64,000 nucleotides of DNA, from NCBI GenBank assembly GCA_951406725.2, contig OX597816.1, positions 138,074,001 through 138,138,000 on the forward strand, in the 5' to 3' direction. Under the pieces are notes generated by a model that was given only the letters and a program-made list of their open reading frames with translations, had not been told where the DNA came from and searched no databases. A program made the translations under genes and the position numbers. Below are positions 1-12,677 of this stretch, piece by piece. Within the stretch, counting starts at the first letter, position 1; each line of letters begins with the position of its first letter. This DNA is from Octopus vulgaris. Its lineage: Eukaryota.

Positions 1-69
1 GAAGGGCTGACATCATCACGGTGTCCTTGCCAGCCTGCAAAGGGAGATCAGCCTCCCCGAAGATACGGA

Positions 70-120
70 TACTACATACGGACCGGTTTCGAGGTATTTG
101 CCTCTTATCAACGCATGGTA
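70..120 (-). ncRNA. Type I hammerhead ribozyme (U3-A8 variant)
   Basis: Exact reverse complement of 569-619. Confidence 0.8.
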
Positions 121-568
121 AGCACCGTTCTTCGTTGAGGGACTTCCTCTACAGGCTGGATATATATGGATTTTCACAGTAACCACAGTCACTGATGTAG
201 AAAAACCGTTCGACAACAATAATAAATCTCTGAGCGAGATATAAACAGTAACTGCTCTATAACATAAGGGGGATCAGCCATCTGAATGTGGCTAGGGACA
301 GGGCGGGGTGGTGAGGGTGTTACTGATGCATTTAGCCCCAGGCGATCATCAACGTCACCAGAAGGGTTGACACCATCACGGTGTCCTTGCCAGCCTGCAA
401 AGGGAGATCGGCTGATCCCCCTTATGTTATAGAGCTGTTACTGTTTATATCTCGCTCAGAGATTTATTATTGTTGTCGAACGGTTTTTCTACATCAGTGA
501 CTGTGGTTACTGTGAAAATCCATATATATCCAGCCTGTAGAGGAAGTCCCTCAACGAAGAACGGTGCT

Positions 569-619
569 TACCATGCGTTGATAAGAGGCAAATACCTCGA
601 AACCGGTCCGTATGTAGTA
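569..619 (+). ncRNA. Type I hammerhead ribozyme (U3-A8 variant)
   Basis: UAC-CAUGCG | UUGAUAA | GAGG caaaua CCUC | GAAA | CCGG | UC^ | CGUAUG ua GUA. Stems I and II pair and stem III is palindromic (ACCGGU). Predicted cleavage after C608. Confidence 0.8.
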
Positions 620-827
620 TCCGTATCTTCGGGGAGGCTGATCTCCCTTTGCAGGCTGGCAAGGACACCGTGATGATGTCAGCCCTTCTGGTGACGTTGA
701 TGATCGCCTGGGGCTAAATGCATCAGTAACACCACCACCACCCCGCCCTGTCCCTAGCCACATTCAGATGGCTGATCCCCCTTATGTTATAGAGCAGTTA
801 CTGTTTATATCTCGCTCAGAGATTTAT

Positions 828-877
<50 letters not shown>

Positions 878-1953
878 TATATATACATACATACATACAC
901 ACAAAATACACATGCACACATACACGGAAGGCTTCTCAATCTGTAGGCTTCATGTCTGCTCTAAAACTTTGTTCCTGGTCATTTACCGGTTGCTATTTGT
1001 GGGAAATGCTACTAAATTATCTCTTCATTCATGTCTGAAAAGAATCGGAAACAGTTGATTTACCAACTGACGGAACAAGTGTTAAATATGTAGACCAAGC
1101 ATGATCATCGTCGTCTCACCGGAATTTCTATTGACAAGCAAGTACCAGACCAAGTTCCTTTTGTGTATTTTGGAAACGTCACCTCTAGCGACCCAGTGTT
1201 GAGTGAGAAGCTCAACATCAGAATCAAGGAAACCTTTCTTGTGTTTAGATATCTGACGCAAACTCGATTTCTTGAACCAGAACTGTCACCCTTTTACACA
1301 GATCAATGTTTATCAAGTTGTCTCCATTTCGACTGTTTGAGTGACAAAATTCTTTATACTTCAGCATGAGGAATTTTATTATTCCATGTTCCTACAGCCT
1401 CGAGTGTTAAGAGACGACCAGTATCGAAGCAATGATCATAAAAGGCATTCTCCACAGAACCAATCAAGTAATTCGAAAGGAAGAGTCTTGTCTAGAAAGA
1501 GCCGAGGTCTATCGGTAGCTAACAGACGGCTCCCACCAAAGTGGTAGGCCTTAGAAATGTTGGAAAGGACGAACGAAAAGAAGATCGAGGCCATTAACTC
1601 AGATACAGCCACCGAACATCCGTAATTCGATTCTTAATCTATGCACTGCTTGTCTACAGATCTGTCTCTTTCTTTTTGATCTTGAGCCGCATCTGTGCAT
1701 TCATTATCTTTGAATGCATTGGAACTAAAAATGGAAAAGTGTAACGTCGATTTGATAGATAGCCATCAAACACACATATGCAAAACACGCATGCAAAAAG
1801 ACACACAGATACACACACAACACATATAAACATACTCGCATACTTAATTGTATGTGTACATATATAAAGGCTGGTATTTATTACCTTGGTTCCTTTTGCC
1901 AAACCGGTAATTTACGGTAACGTGAACAAACCAGCACCGGTTGTCAAGCATTT

Positions 1954-2049
1954 GGCGGCGAGCTGGCAGAAATGTTAGCACGCCGGGCGAATGCTTAGCG
2001 GTATTTCGTCTGCCATTACGTTGTGAGTTCAAATTCCGCCGAGGTCGAC
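1954..2049 (+). mobile_element. tRNA-derived SINE family A (5' part)
   Basis: GGCGGCGAGCTGGCAGAA...GAGTTCAAATTCCGCC (A/B-box-like head), shared with many copies in the window. Confidence 0.8.
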
Positions 2050-2066
2050 ATACATACATACATACA

Positions 2067-2102
<36 letters not shown>

Positions 2103-2115
2103 TATATACGTATAT

Positions 2116-2174
<59 letters not shown>

Positions 2175-2302
2175 TATAAAAGCTACATCAAGTACAGGAC
2201 AAATTACCAAACAATATGCAATAAGAACAGGACACCACCAACGAGTGAGAAATATGTAAATACATGACCGATAAGTACGGAACAAATTACTAAAAGAATT
2301 AT

Positions 2303-2367
2303 AGCCCCTCCTCAGTTGTCGACTGTTAATTACTACCTATTTCGAGTTTTCTACGACAATATAGGAA
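2303..2367 (-). ncRNA. Non-circularly permuted (site-GAAA-CUGANGA) hammerhead candidate, family 2
   Basis: UUCCUA UA^ UUGUCG uagaa AACUC GAAA UAGGUA (12 nt) CGACAA CUGAGGA g GGGCU. Confidence 0.65.
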
Positions 2368-2820
2368 AGTTTCATAAGCAGCAGGGAAGCAAATGAGAGG
2401 TTGATGAAAAGAAAGGGAGTGGAGAGAAGGGAAAAGAAACGAATGATAGTGAGGGTTGAAAGAAAGACAGTGGACAGCAAAGAAGAGAGCCTCCCTTCTC
2501 TGCTTGTTTGTTCCCACGTGACTACAGTCCAAATTTTTTCTCACCTCTGTCTTTTCTGGGTGCGATGCGTACGTAGCTGGACGTAATTTTCTATCGTCTC
2601 CCGACATTTTTTTCATTTTTTTTCTCTTCTACTAGTTTCTTCTCTTGGGTTTATTCAACATCCTTTCAAAATTTCTCCCAAGTGTTACCCATTGCAATGT
2701 TTCTCTTCGTCCATTGTTTACTCTGTACGTCAATTCTGTCGTTGTTTATTCGTTCGAAGCTCGAACTCACCAGAAATTTTACATTTAAAAAAAATTCTGG
2801 AAGCTGCTGTTTATGAAGTT

Positions 2821-2885
2821 TTCCTATATTGTCTTTGAAAGCTCGAAATAGGAAGTAATTAACAGTCGATGACTGAGGAAGGGTT
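2821..2885 (+). ncRNA. Non-circularly permuted hammerhead candidate, family 2
   Basis: UUCCUA UA^ UUGUC uuugaa AGCUC GAAA UAGGAA (13 nt) GAUGA CUGAGGA a GGGUU. All three stems pair, some with G-U. Confidence 0.7.
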
Positions 2886-3393
2886 AGACTACTTTCGGTA
2901 ATTTGTCCCGTACTTGTCTCTCATGTGTTTACGCATTTTCCCTCGTTAGTGATGTCCTATTCTTATTGTATATTTTTTGGTAATTTTTCCTGTACGTATC
3001 GCTCGTGTGTCTACGTAATTTTCGCTCGTTGGTGATGTCATGTACTTGATTATCTTACATTTATTCATTTATAATCGAACGCCACGCAGCCTTGTCCACA
3101 GTAAGGTTTTACATTTATTTACGAACGAGAATCTTAAAAGACTCGATCGTGCCAGGAACCATCCCGAACTCCAGGACGGAGATTTCCGGACCATTCTTCC
3201 AGTTTAGAAGATTCCTGCTGGCATTTTGGAATCAGCAAGGCGACGCTACAGCCGGAAGACATTAGCCAAGGCCGAAGATAGCGATGCGGCCGAAGCTCGA
3301 TGACCAATGGCAAAATGAGATAATCACCTAGTGTTTACTTTTATAGAGAGGCATTTTCCCCACCATATTTTGAACATGTCTTAGGCAAACAGT

Positions 3394-3464
3394 GTTTAGG
3401 GCCTGAAGACACGCGGTAAGGCTAAACCCCTTGTGAGCGAGAAATCCAGGGTAACCCTTTAAAC
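3394..3464 (+). ncRNA. Type I hammerhead ribozyme candidate (slightly decayed)
   Basis: GUUU-AGGG c CUGAAGA ca CGC..GUAAGG..CCUUGU..GCG a GAAA UCC a GGG UA^ a CCCU uu AAAC. Single mismatches at the bases of stems I and II. Confidence 0.6.
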
Positions 3465-4206
3465 CGGCCCTCATCATAATACAGACACATACACACACAA
3501 AGAAAAGTTTCTGTTACGAAATCCACTAACATGGCTTTAGTCGGATGCGGTCTATAGTAGAAAACATTCGTTCAAAGAGCCGCGCAGCAGGACTGAACCC
3601 GAAATCGTGTGCATTTGAAGCAGACTTCTTACTACACAGTGATATCTATGTCTGTTATGGATCTTTTCGTGAAACTACGTTATTGGGGTATTTTGGTTAT
3701 GTGATTAAATGAAGAATAACAGTCATAAAATTTTGTACACCACAATAGCAATTTTCAAATGCTAGACAGCACAAATATATGCACAGTAGCTCCATTGTAT
3801 CAACAGAACTGTCAAAATACCAGAACTTATAGCTTCTGCAAACTATAAGTCGTTCATCTTCTGATTTGCACAAACTTTTGACTAGTCAAGTAAGAAGAGC
3901 TCAGAAAATCGATGATTGACTGGTTCTTATCGTGATAAAATAAAATGGAAATAAATATCGAAGGACCTAGACATACACACACACTCATGCACGCATATAC
4001 GTACATTCATACATACATACATACATTCATACATACATACATACATACATACATACATACATACATACATACATACATACATACATACATACATGTGTAT
4101 TATACGTAAATACATATACTTTCATTTATACATAGCTTCATACATACATGTGTGCGTATAAACAGAAATACATAATACCTATGTACATATTTACAAACTT
4201 ACATAT

Positions 4207-4301
<95 letters not shown>

Positions 4302-4343
4302 ACTGTATATATATATATATATATATATCTTTATATATATACA

Positions 4344-4426
<83 letters not shown>

Positions 4427-4482
4427 TTACATATATACATATTTATATATAAAGATATATATATATATATAGATATATATAT

Positions 4483-4513
<31 letters not shown>

Positions 4514-4577
4514 CTCATGTAGATAAATATACATATATGCAGACATAAATGTAGAAGGTCATAAATACAAACATATC

Positions 4578-4613
<36 letters not shown>

Positions 4614-5293
4614 CAGCCATATCTCCAGTAAACTCTCTCCATTTACATAAACACATGCTCGGAGAGAACACTAAAGGCATAAATATAATTATATGACAAC
4701 AAACGAAAAGAATGATTTTAATGATTATAGGAACAGCAGGTCTGTTATAACTATTCTAATTCTATGATGCTGTCGAACAGCAAATAGTAACGACATCAAG
4801 GCGAACGGCAGCAACAAAACTTCGTTTATACTTTACGTGTTTCAGTTATTGGACTGCGTTTATTTTAAGACATCTTGAAGGCTTTTAGCCGAACAATTCG
4901 ATCCCAGTAATTTTCTTTTAAAGTCCATTTATTATTCTTTGGGTCCATTTTTTTGTTGTTGTTGTTTTGAATCGCTTTATTAAAAGGGTGTAAACAAACC
5001 AACACTGGTTGTCAGGCGGAGGCGGACATACACATACTCATACATACTGTATTTGTTTTTGTTTTGCATTGATTTCATTCTGTCTTTCATGTCCGCTAAC
5101 ATATCCCATTAGCGTGTTTTGCTGTTAACGCCACCAAAATGGACAATCTTATCGATAATGGCTTGAAATTGTAATGATTCTTGATCGATAGCTAATGAGG
5201 GATTAACGTGTGCACGTATTTTGCGAATATTTTCCATGTGTTCCTTTATCGTTTTCCTGTGCAACCTCTTACTTTTAATGTTTGATTTAACAA

Positions 5294-5432
5294 GGCGGCG
5301 AGCTGGCAGAAACGTTAGCATGCCGGGCGAAATGCTTAGCAGTATTCCGTCTGTCTTTACGTTCTGAGTTCAAATTCCGCCGAGGTCGACTTTGCCTTTC
5401 ATCCTTCCGGGCTCGATAAATTAAGTAGCAGT
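5294..5432 (+). mobile_element. SINE family A
   Basis: Same head plus GACTTTGCCTTTCATCCTT central block. Confidence 0.8.
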
Positions 5433-5684
5433 TGCGTCTTAACACTATGCACTCTCGTCTGTTCCCACCCACTCTCAGTAGCAGCCAACACATCGGCCAA
5501 CATTTGTTGCGACATCCACTTCTCTCTTTTTTATCCCTCTGTCATATTTTCTTTGACCCTTTACCGCTCTACAGCTTCTTGTCTATCCTCTGCATTTTAC
5601 CATCTCTCTATCATTCTGTTCTGTCTTTTCTCCTCTCTTGTTTGCAAAAAAATTCCTCTCTATTTTGATCTGCATATCTTTCTA

Positions 5685-6583
5685 TTTGGTTGTTCAGAAA
5701 ATAATGGCCGATTTTTAAAAAATAAGCCTATAAATTTGGAAAACTGAACTAATAGAAAAGTTTAATTATTTAAAATATGATCCCTGAACAGTTATACATG
5801 TCTTCCATCGATTAACAAGGTCATTTATACCTCTTCGATAAAAATCCAAAGGATTTGATGCTATGAAATCCTTGAATTCAGTTTCAACCTCGGTTTTGGG
5901 ATGGAATGTTTTTTACCTTGAAAAAACTGTTCCGAAAAAGAGTTAGTCGGGTAAGAGATCAGGGGAATATAGAGGATGTGGCAAAGTCTCGTATCCCAAG
6001 TCTGTGAGTTTCTGCAATTTTATCCTGGAAACGTGCGGTTGAGCGTTGTCGTGGAGCAGAATTGGACCACGTAGATTAACAAGTGCGGATCTCATTTTGC
6101 TCAGGTGAACATGCATTTTTTTCAAGTTGCTTATTGACACCAAGCGTATAAAACCTTTCTGACATTTTGTTGTGGGTTTTGCTTGACTTGTTTTCAAGTG
6201 CTGATCACTAAGGGTAGATGGATGTTCTCTACCTTCAAGGTTCTCATCTCCCAGTATGGAATCTTTCAAACCACCAACGTACCGGCCGATCACTAGTGGA
6301 CCCTTCACCACATGCTCTGTTGATATTGGCGGCTGTTAGGGAAGCATTGTGTCCAAACTTGAATTCATGCCAAAAAAGGTAAGCGCATTTCTTTCTCCAC
6401 GCTTGAAATTAAGGATTTCTACGCATAAAAATTATATTCTGAAAGAAATCAATAAAAATTTATTAAAGATTGCACATCAATTATTATGCATGTAAAATTT
6501 CGTCTAATACACTACAAAAAACATCTTAAATCGAATTTGAAAACATTTTCCAAAAATCGAACAGTATTTTCCAAACAACCTAA
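5685..6583 (-). mobile_element. Internally deleted mariner DNA transposon
   Basis: ~32-bp imperfect TIRs (5685-5716 / 6552-6583) with TA on both sides. ORF 5943-6311 encodes ILLHDNAQPH...LPHPLYSPDL, which are mariner catalytic-domain motifs. Confidence 0.9.
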
Positions 6584-8517
6584 TATCACCCGCCACTTTT
6601 CTCTCTTTCCTTACTTTCCGTTCCTTCCTCTATTCCTTTCCATACTACCTCTTCCTACTTGTTATTCCACAGCCTTCTCTACTCCTCGCTGTTCGTCTCT
6701 CTCTCTCTCTCTTCTCTGCCTTTCTCTCTCTCTCTGTCCCTCCCTTTCCCCTTCCGTTTTTTTCGCGCCCTCCCTTCCATTTTCGGTACCACGTGACCAT
6801 CCCATTTCTTTTATCACCCATCCTGTTTCCACTTGACCAGTGCCTAGGTCAAACGTTCAGCTACTAAAATTCGATATTTCTTATCTTTCCACTTCTCATT
6901 TTATCTTTTCTTTCTACCTTCCTTCTCTTCTAGCTCATCTTTCTACTTTTCTATCTTTCTCCCGAGCCCTTACGGACTGCATTCCCTTTTAGCGTTACTA
7001 CTGCGTGTCTCCTATATAAATGCTCTTTTATAATCCGGTTAAAAGACAGAGTGCTTTTTTCTTTCTTTACCCCATATTTAAAGATTGTTTAGGGTTGGTA
7101 AGAGGTCAATAATAGCATGAAGAAGGAAGGACAATCTTCCCTGATCAGTGCTCCAGAGTCCCTTCTAGGACAGTGGGCGCACAATTGCTTGGTCTCATTG
7201 ACCCTGGTGGGCAAGCCATATTACCGTCACCCGGCAATCTTCCCCAGTTGAATCTCATACAAGATATATGCGGAGAGAATAACAGAGGAAAGGAAGTGGA
7301 AAATAAAAACGAGGGGTGGAGTTGAGACTGAGGTAGAATGGAGGTGATAAAACGATTTCATGTATTTGTATAAATGTGATCATTCCATCTATATTTCCCT
7401 TCGCACAGGAAGCTGTGTACGACATTATATAACATCATGCATCATGTTTGTTCTGGGTTTTTTTAGGGTGAATTGGTTGCTATATTACGCAGGTTGAGTA
7501 ATTACGCAGAGGCTCCTTCGTTGGCGCCTATTTGTGAATGTGTGTGTGTTAAACGAAAGCAAAAGCACAAGCATAAAACTGCTACAGACGTGTGCGAGCG
7601 CATGCGCATAAGTGTATGTGTCGGGTTAGTCAGAAAATAAGCGTGTACGAGATAGCTAGTGACACTCAATTGGAATGCCACGAGAGAAGGGTAGAAAGAT
7701 AAAGAAAGACAGACGAGGTGGAAGCGGTGGTGAAGGCGGCGGCGGCGGTGTTGTTTGCGACGTTGGTATCGGTGGTGATGATGATGGCGGCAGCGGCGGC
7801 GGTAGTGGTGGAGGTGGTGGTGGTTGGGATGACTAGAAGAGATGACAGTCCGTAAGAGTAAAGCAGATTGATAGCTCATAACCTTTGTATTTGAAATGTA
7901 TACTGCAGAATAAAGCAATAAATATTGAATTGCACATCGAGATTAGACCCAGACTGGAATATCAAAGCGAAAAAATACATGGAAACATTGACATGGAAGC
8001 TAATAAAAGATCTATCAGGGAAAAACAACTATAAGTTTGCTTCATATCAAGCATAGCAACCAAGACAGCGGCAGACATTTTGCTGTGTTTTTCTGTTGTT
8101 GGTGTGTTGTTTGTTCTTGTTTTCTTTTTTTCTCTTTTTACGTATTGGCACACGAAGACTGTTTTGGAACAGAAAGAGACGAATATAAGGAGATGAGGGG
8201 TGTGGGAAGAGGATGTGAATGAGAGAAGGAGGAGGAGGAGGAGGAGGGGAAAGACGAATCGAAGATGTGAAGTGGTGGAGGAGGGGGATGTGGAAAGAGA
8301 GAAAAAAACGTGGAGAACACGAAAGAGCATGAGCAGCAACAAGGACATCAAGAACATGACTAAGGAAGAATGAGATACAGCAAGAGGAGAAGAAGGAGGA
8401 GGAAGAGGAAGAGAGGGAAAGAAAGGAGATGAAGGAGAGGGAAATAAAGAAGACGAAAGGAGGAGAAGAAGAAGAAGGAGAAGAAGGAGGAGGAGGAGGA
8501 GAAAAAGATGATGATGG

Positions 8518-8560
<43 letters not shown>

Positions 8561-8701
8561 TTATGTACTTACGCACACACCTAAATACATACATGTGTGA
8601 GTATGTGTGTGTGTATGCGTGCGCGCGCGTATATACCCCCTGAACACACATACACATATAAATGTATGTTTACGGATGTAAATGTGCATGTAATCTATAC
8701 G

Positions 8702-8776
<75 letters not shown>

Positions 8777-9639
8777 GTATACATTGATATGTGTTTACAT
8801 GTTCACCAACGCGCGCTTACGCTCACACATGCACATAAACGTGCATCGCTTGATTAGGCTTGTTCATCGAATCACATGATTATCAACTTCATTTGATATC
8901 CTTAGATTACAGCTTTGCTCGCAAACGGGGGTTGTAAATGTTTATTTGGTTTAAGAGGCAGCGTGTTGCTTTCGCAGGCCTCTGTTCTGTTGTTGCTCCC
9001 TCCTGAGAACGCTGAGTCTCTATACCCTTCCAATAATAAAATCACTTTTAGAGGATTAATAGCAACATCTTTCAATATTTAAGGGTCAGCATAATTCGGC
9101 GAGATGGCAGGATTGTTAACACGCTAGGCAAAAACGCTTAGCGGCATTTTGTCTGTCTTTATGTTCTTTATGCTTCCGGGGTCGGACTTGCTTTTATCCT
9201 TTTCGGTCAATAAAACAGGTATTAGTTGAACAGCGATGTTGATGTAATCTACTTTCACTTTTCCTCAAAATTGTTGGCCCTGTACCAAAAATTTGAAACC
9301 GATGTTTCAGGATTAGCTTGCCGAGCAAACAGGTTAGTGATATTCCATCGGTCTTTACGTTCTGAGTTTTAAATCTTCAGAGTTAAAATTTACATTTCAT
9401 TCTTCCGAAGCCGATAAGAAAACTACCAATTCAGCAGTGGGTTCGATGAAAACGACGTATGCCCTAATCTCGAAATTACTGACCTTGTGCCAAAATTTAA
9501 AGGTAAGTGCTACTTCTTTACAAAGTGATATTCAGCTGGCCCCTGGATCGTTTCTATGGCCCTCTAGCGAGATGGTGACCATTTTGTATATGACTGTTGA
9601 AGCTCCTTTAGAAAAAGGAATTTTTTTATAAAATACATA

Positions 9640-10098
9640 CCGTAAATCCTCGAGTATAATCCGCATTTACCCTCAAAATTTAAAGATCAAAATCCCTAGT
9701 GCGTATTTTATACGAGGTTGAAAATGAAAAATATTTTCTAAGCAATGTCTGAGTCTCTATTTGCTGACCGGCAATGTTTATTCAGACGCATTTTGTGATA
9801 TCGGGCGCGAAAATACCTGAAAGCAATGAAATCATAAAAGAATCATCTATAACTTGCAGTAAACAATAACCAGAGACAAAAACAATTTACAAACATATTT
9901 ACATTCCCATATAACAGTTAAGAACATCACCATTATTGTATTATGCATGCGCGGAAGAGTTTGTTCGACTAAGTGCTGCTGGCTTAATTACGTACGACTC
10001 AAGTATTATACACAAGGTTTAGGTTTTTCAGAAGTACAGCTCCCAAAAGATCCCCTGCGTATTATACCCAAGGGCGGACTATACTCGAGGATTTACGG
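9640..10098. mobile_element. Tc1/mariner-superfamily MITE (CCGTA-type TIR)
   Basis: CCGTAAATCCTCGAGTATA...TATACTCGAGGATTTACGG flanked by TA on both sides. Confidence 0.85.
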
Positions 10099-10201
10099 TA
10101 CATACAGACACGAACGCACAACTGTGCGCGTGCGCGCGCGCGTGCACACACATACACACAAGCAGAGGCACTCACACTCGTACAGGCACACACCAACAGA
10201 C

Positions 10202-10234
<33 letters not shown>

Positions 10235-10711
10235 AACACACACATATGAATATATATTGCTGAAGCCATAGAAATTTATTAAATTTTTCATGACAACTTG
10301 ATGGCGGTGCCCCAGCATGGCCACAGCTCATAGGCTGGAACTGGAATCAATCAATCAATCAATCAACTTGACATAGTCATACTCTTTTGGGAACAGTGGA
10401 TTTCGAAGCACATAAAGCTATAAATAGCAAGTAAATGTTGAGTTCAAAACTATTTTATGGATTGAAAAAAATCCGAAGAATCCCATAGAATTCAAACCTT
10501 CTCAACTTTGAATGTAAATACTACGTTTTATGTATGTGTGTGTGTGTGTGAGTGTGTGTGTGTGTGTGCGTGTGTATTTAGAACTAAAAAAATGAGTATA
10601 TGTATTCGTATACTTTTATTAATATTCGATAAGTGACGACGCACTGAACTCTCGGCTCTTGAGTTACTCTGTTGCGTCTGCTAAATATATATGTATGTAT
10701 GTCGTCACCGT

Positions 10712-10992
10712 CACCGTGACCTACACATCGCTGGTCACAATGCGCTTCGCATTGTTTTTAGCCTTCAAATGACGCCACCTCGCTGGCTAAGCGAGCAGGC
10801 CAACAGAAGAAAGAGTGAGAGAAGGTTGTGGCGAAAGAGTACAGCAGGGATCGCCACCACCCCCTGCCGGAGCCTCGTGGAGCTTTAGGTGTTTTCGCTC
10901 AATAAACACTCACAACGCATGGTCTGAGAATCGAAACCGCGATCCTACGACCGCGAGTCCGCTGCCCTAACCACTAGGCCATTGCGCCTCCC
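10712..10992 (-). mobile_element. tRNA-derived SINE family B2
   Basis: Reverse complement of the head at 44657 (GGTTAGGGCAGCGGACTCGCGGTCGTAGGATCGCGGTTTCGATT). Confidence 0.8.
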
Positions 10993-11054
<62 letters not shown>

Positions 11055-11055
11055 A

Positions 11056-11663
11056 AATTATAAATTAGGGTATCAACGAGATGCCACCATCTCGTAGAAA
11101 ATAGCAGCCATGATCTGACTCTAAAACCACCTTAATTGTCCATATATCAACACGGAAAGAAAACAAAGAGACAAGATGAAACTAGTAAAAAATTACTGGA
11201 TAATTCTAGATCCCAGATTTCTGACTTTGCATTTAGGAATGCGTTGCCTCGTCAGTAGAATACACACAGAGAAACATAAATACATATATATAAATGCAAC
11301 ATACGAATACTTACATATACAAAGGTATACCCACATATATATGAACGTACGCATCATGGCCAGTTCAAAATGCCCGCCGTTTAATTCCATGTGAGATATA
11401 GTCAAAATATCGTCGCAGTAAATACAGTGACGAAATAAATTTAAATTTATTTAAATAAGGATAAGATCGGTAATTTAAAAATAAAGTAACGATTTTAACA
11501 AGTAGTCAGCATGGAAAAATAACCTTCAAAGGTAATAATTATTAAAATTATAATTATAAATAATTATAATGTTGATATGTGGACAATTAAGGTGGTTATA
11601 GAGTCAGATCATGGCTGCTATTTTCAGCATGGTGGCATCTCGTAGATACCCTAATTTATAATT
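11056..11663. mobile_element. Foldback/MITE-like element with ~95-bp TIRs in a TG/TA microsatellite
   Basis: 11056-11152 is the reverse complement of 11570-11663 with few differences. Confidence 0.75.
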
Positions 11664-11683
11664 CGCTATATATATATACATAC

Positions 11684-11741
<58 letters not shown>

Positions 11742-12075
11742 TTTTTACTCTTTTGCTTGTTTCAGTCATTTCACTGCGGCCATGCTGGAGCACCATCTTT
11801 AGTCGAGCAAATCGACCCCAGGACTTTTTCTTTATAAGCCTAGTACTTATTCTATCACTTTCTTTTCCGAACGGCAAGGTTACGGGGACGTAAACACACC
11901 ACCATCAGTTGTCAAGCGATGTTGGGGGGGGGGGGGGGACAAACACAGGCAAACAAATATATACACACACATACACATACATACATATATACATATATAC
12001 GACGGGCTTTTTCAGTTTCCGTCTACCAAATTCACTCACAAGGCCTTGGTCGCCCCGCGGCTATAGTAGAAGACA
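11742..12075 (-). mobile_element. SINE family C (CORE-like, internal microsatellite); a + strand head follows at ~12085-12195
   Basis: Reverse complement of the 33441-33818 copy. Confidence 0.8.
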
Positions 12076-12255
12076 GTCGCCTAGTGGCCGTGTGGTAAAT
12101 AGTTTGCTTACGAACCACATGGTTCTGGGTTCAGTCCCACTGCATAGCACCTTGGGCACGTGTCTTCTACTATAGCCTCGAGCCGACCAAAGCCTTTTTT
12201 ACCAAATAAACACACGCTTCATATAAAGACGCGCTAAATAAACACACAGCCACTC

Positions 12256-12304
<49 letters not shown>

Positions 12305-12306
12305 AA

Positions 12307-12625
12307 GGCGCATGACTCAGTGGTTAGAGCGTCGAGCTTATGATCGTGAGGTTGTGAGCTCGGATCTCGGACTGGGCTGCGTGTTGTGTTCTTGAGCAAG
12401 ACACTTTATTTCACGTTGCTCCAATTCACTCAGCTGTAGAAATGAGTTGCGACGTCACAGGTGCCAAGCTGTATCGGCTGTTGGATAACACTGGTGGCAT
12501 TGAGGGTGGAGGCCGGTATGCATGGGTGAATGCTGGTCTTCCATAATCAGTCTTGCCCGGACTTGTGCCTGGGAGGGTAACTTTCTAGGTTCTATCCCAT
12601 GGTCAGTCATGACCGAAGTGGGTCT
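12307..12625 (+). mobile_element. tRNA-derived SINE family B
   Basis: GGCGCATGACTCAGTGGTTAGAGCG head; body shared with 55540-55867. Confidence 0.8.
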
Positions 12626-12629
12626 CAGA

Positions 12630-12677
<48 letters not shown>

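Larger units (their letters stand above)
1..831. mobile_element. 360-bp tandem repeat with internal orientation switch (retrozyme/Penelope pLTR-like), ending in (TA)n
   Basis: 1-49 recurs at 361-409. From 410 the sequence is the reverse complement of the unit (410-420 recurs at 770-780, period 360). Each full unit carries a hammerhead motif. The array runs off the window start. Confidence 0.8.
2180..3060. mobile_element. Inverted dimer of a ribozyme-bearing element next to a (TA)n tract
   Basis: About 2180-2385 is a diverged reverse complement of about 2803-3000. Both arms contain a permuted hammerhead, and there are internal ~85-bp sub-repeats. Confidence 0.7.

Noticed and set aside
16-673. 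Identical 67-aa ORFs at 16-219 (-) and 470-673 (+)
   Set aside because: By-product of the inverted repeat; non-ATG start and no recognisable domain.
12307-12380. tRNA gene (also ~44657 and ~55540)
   Set aside because: tRNA-like heads continue into shared SINE bodies and cloverleafs are imperfect.
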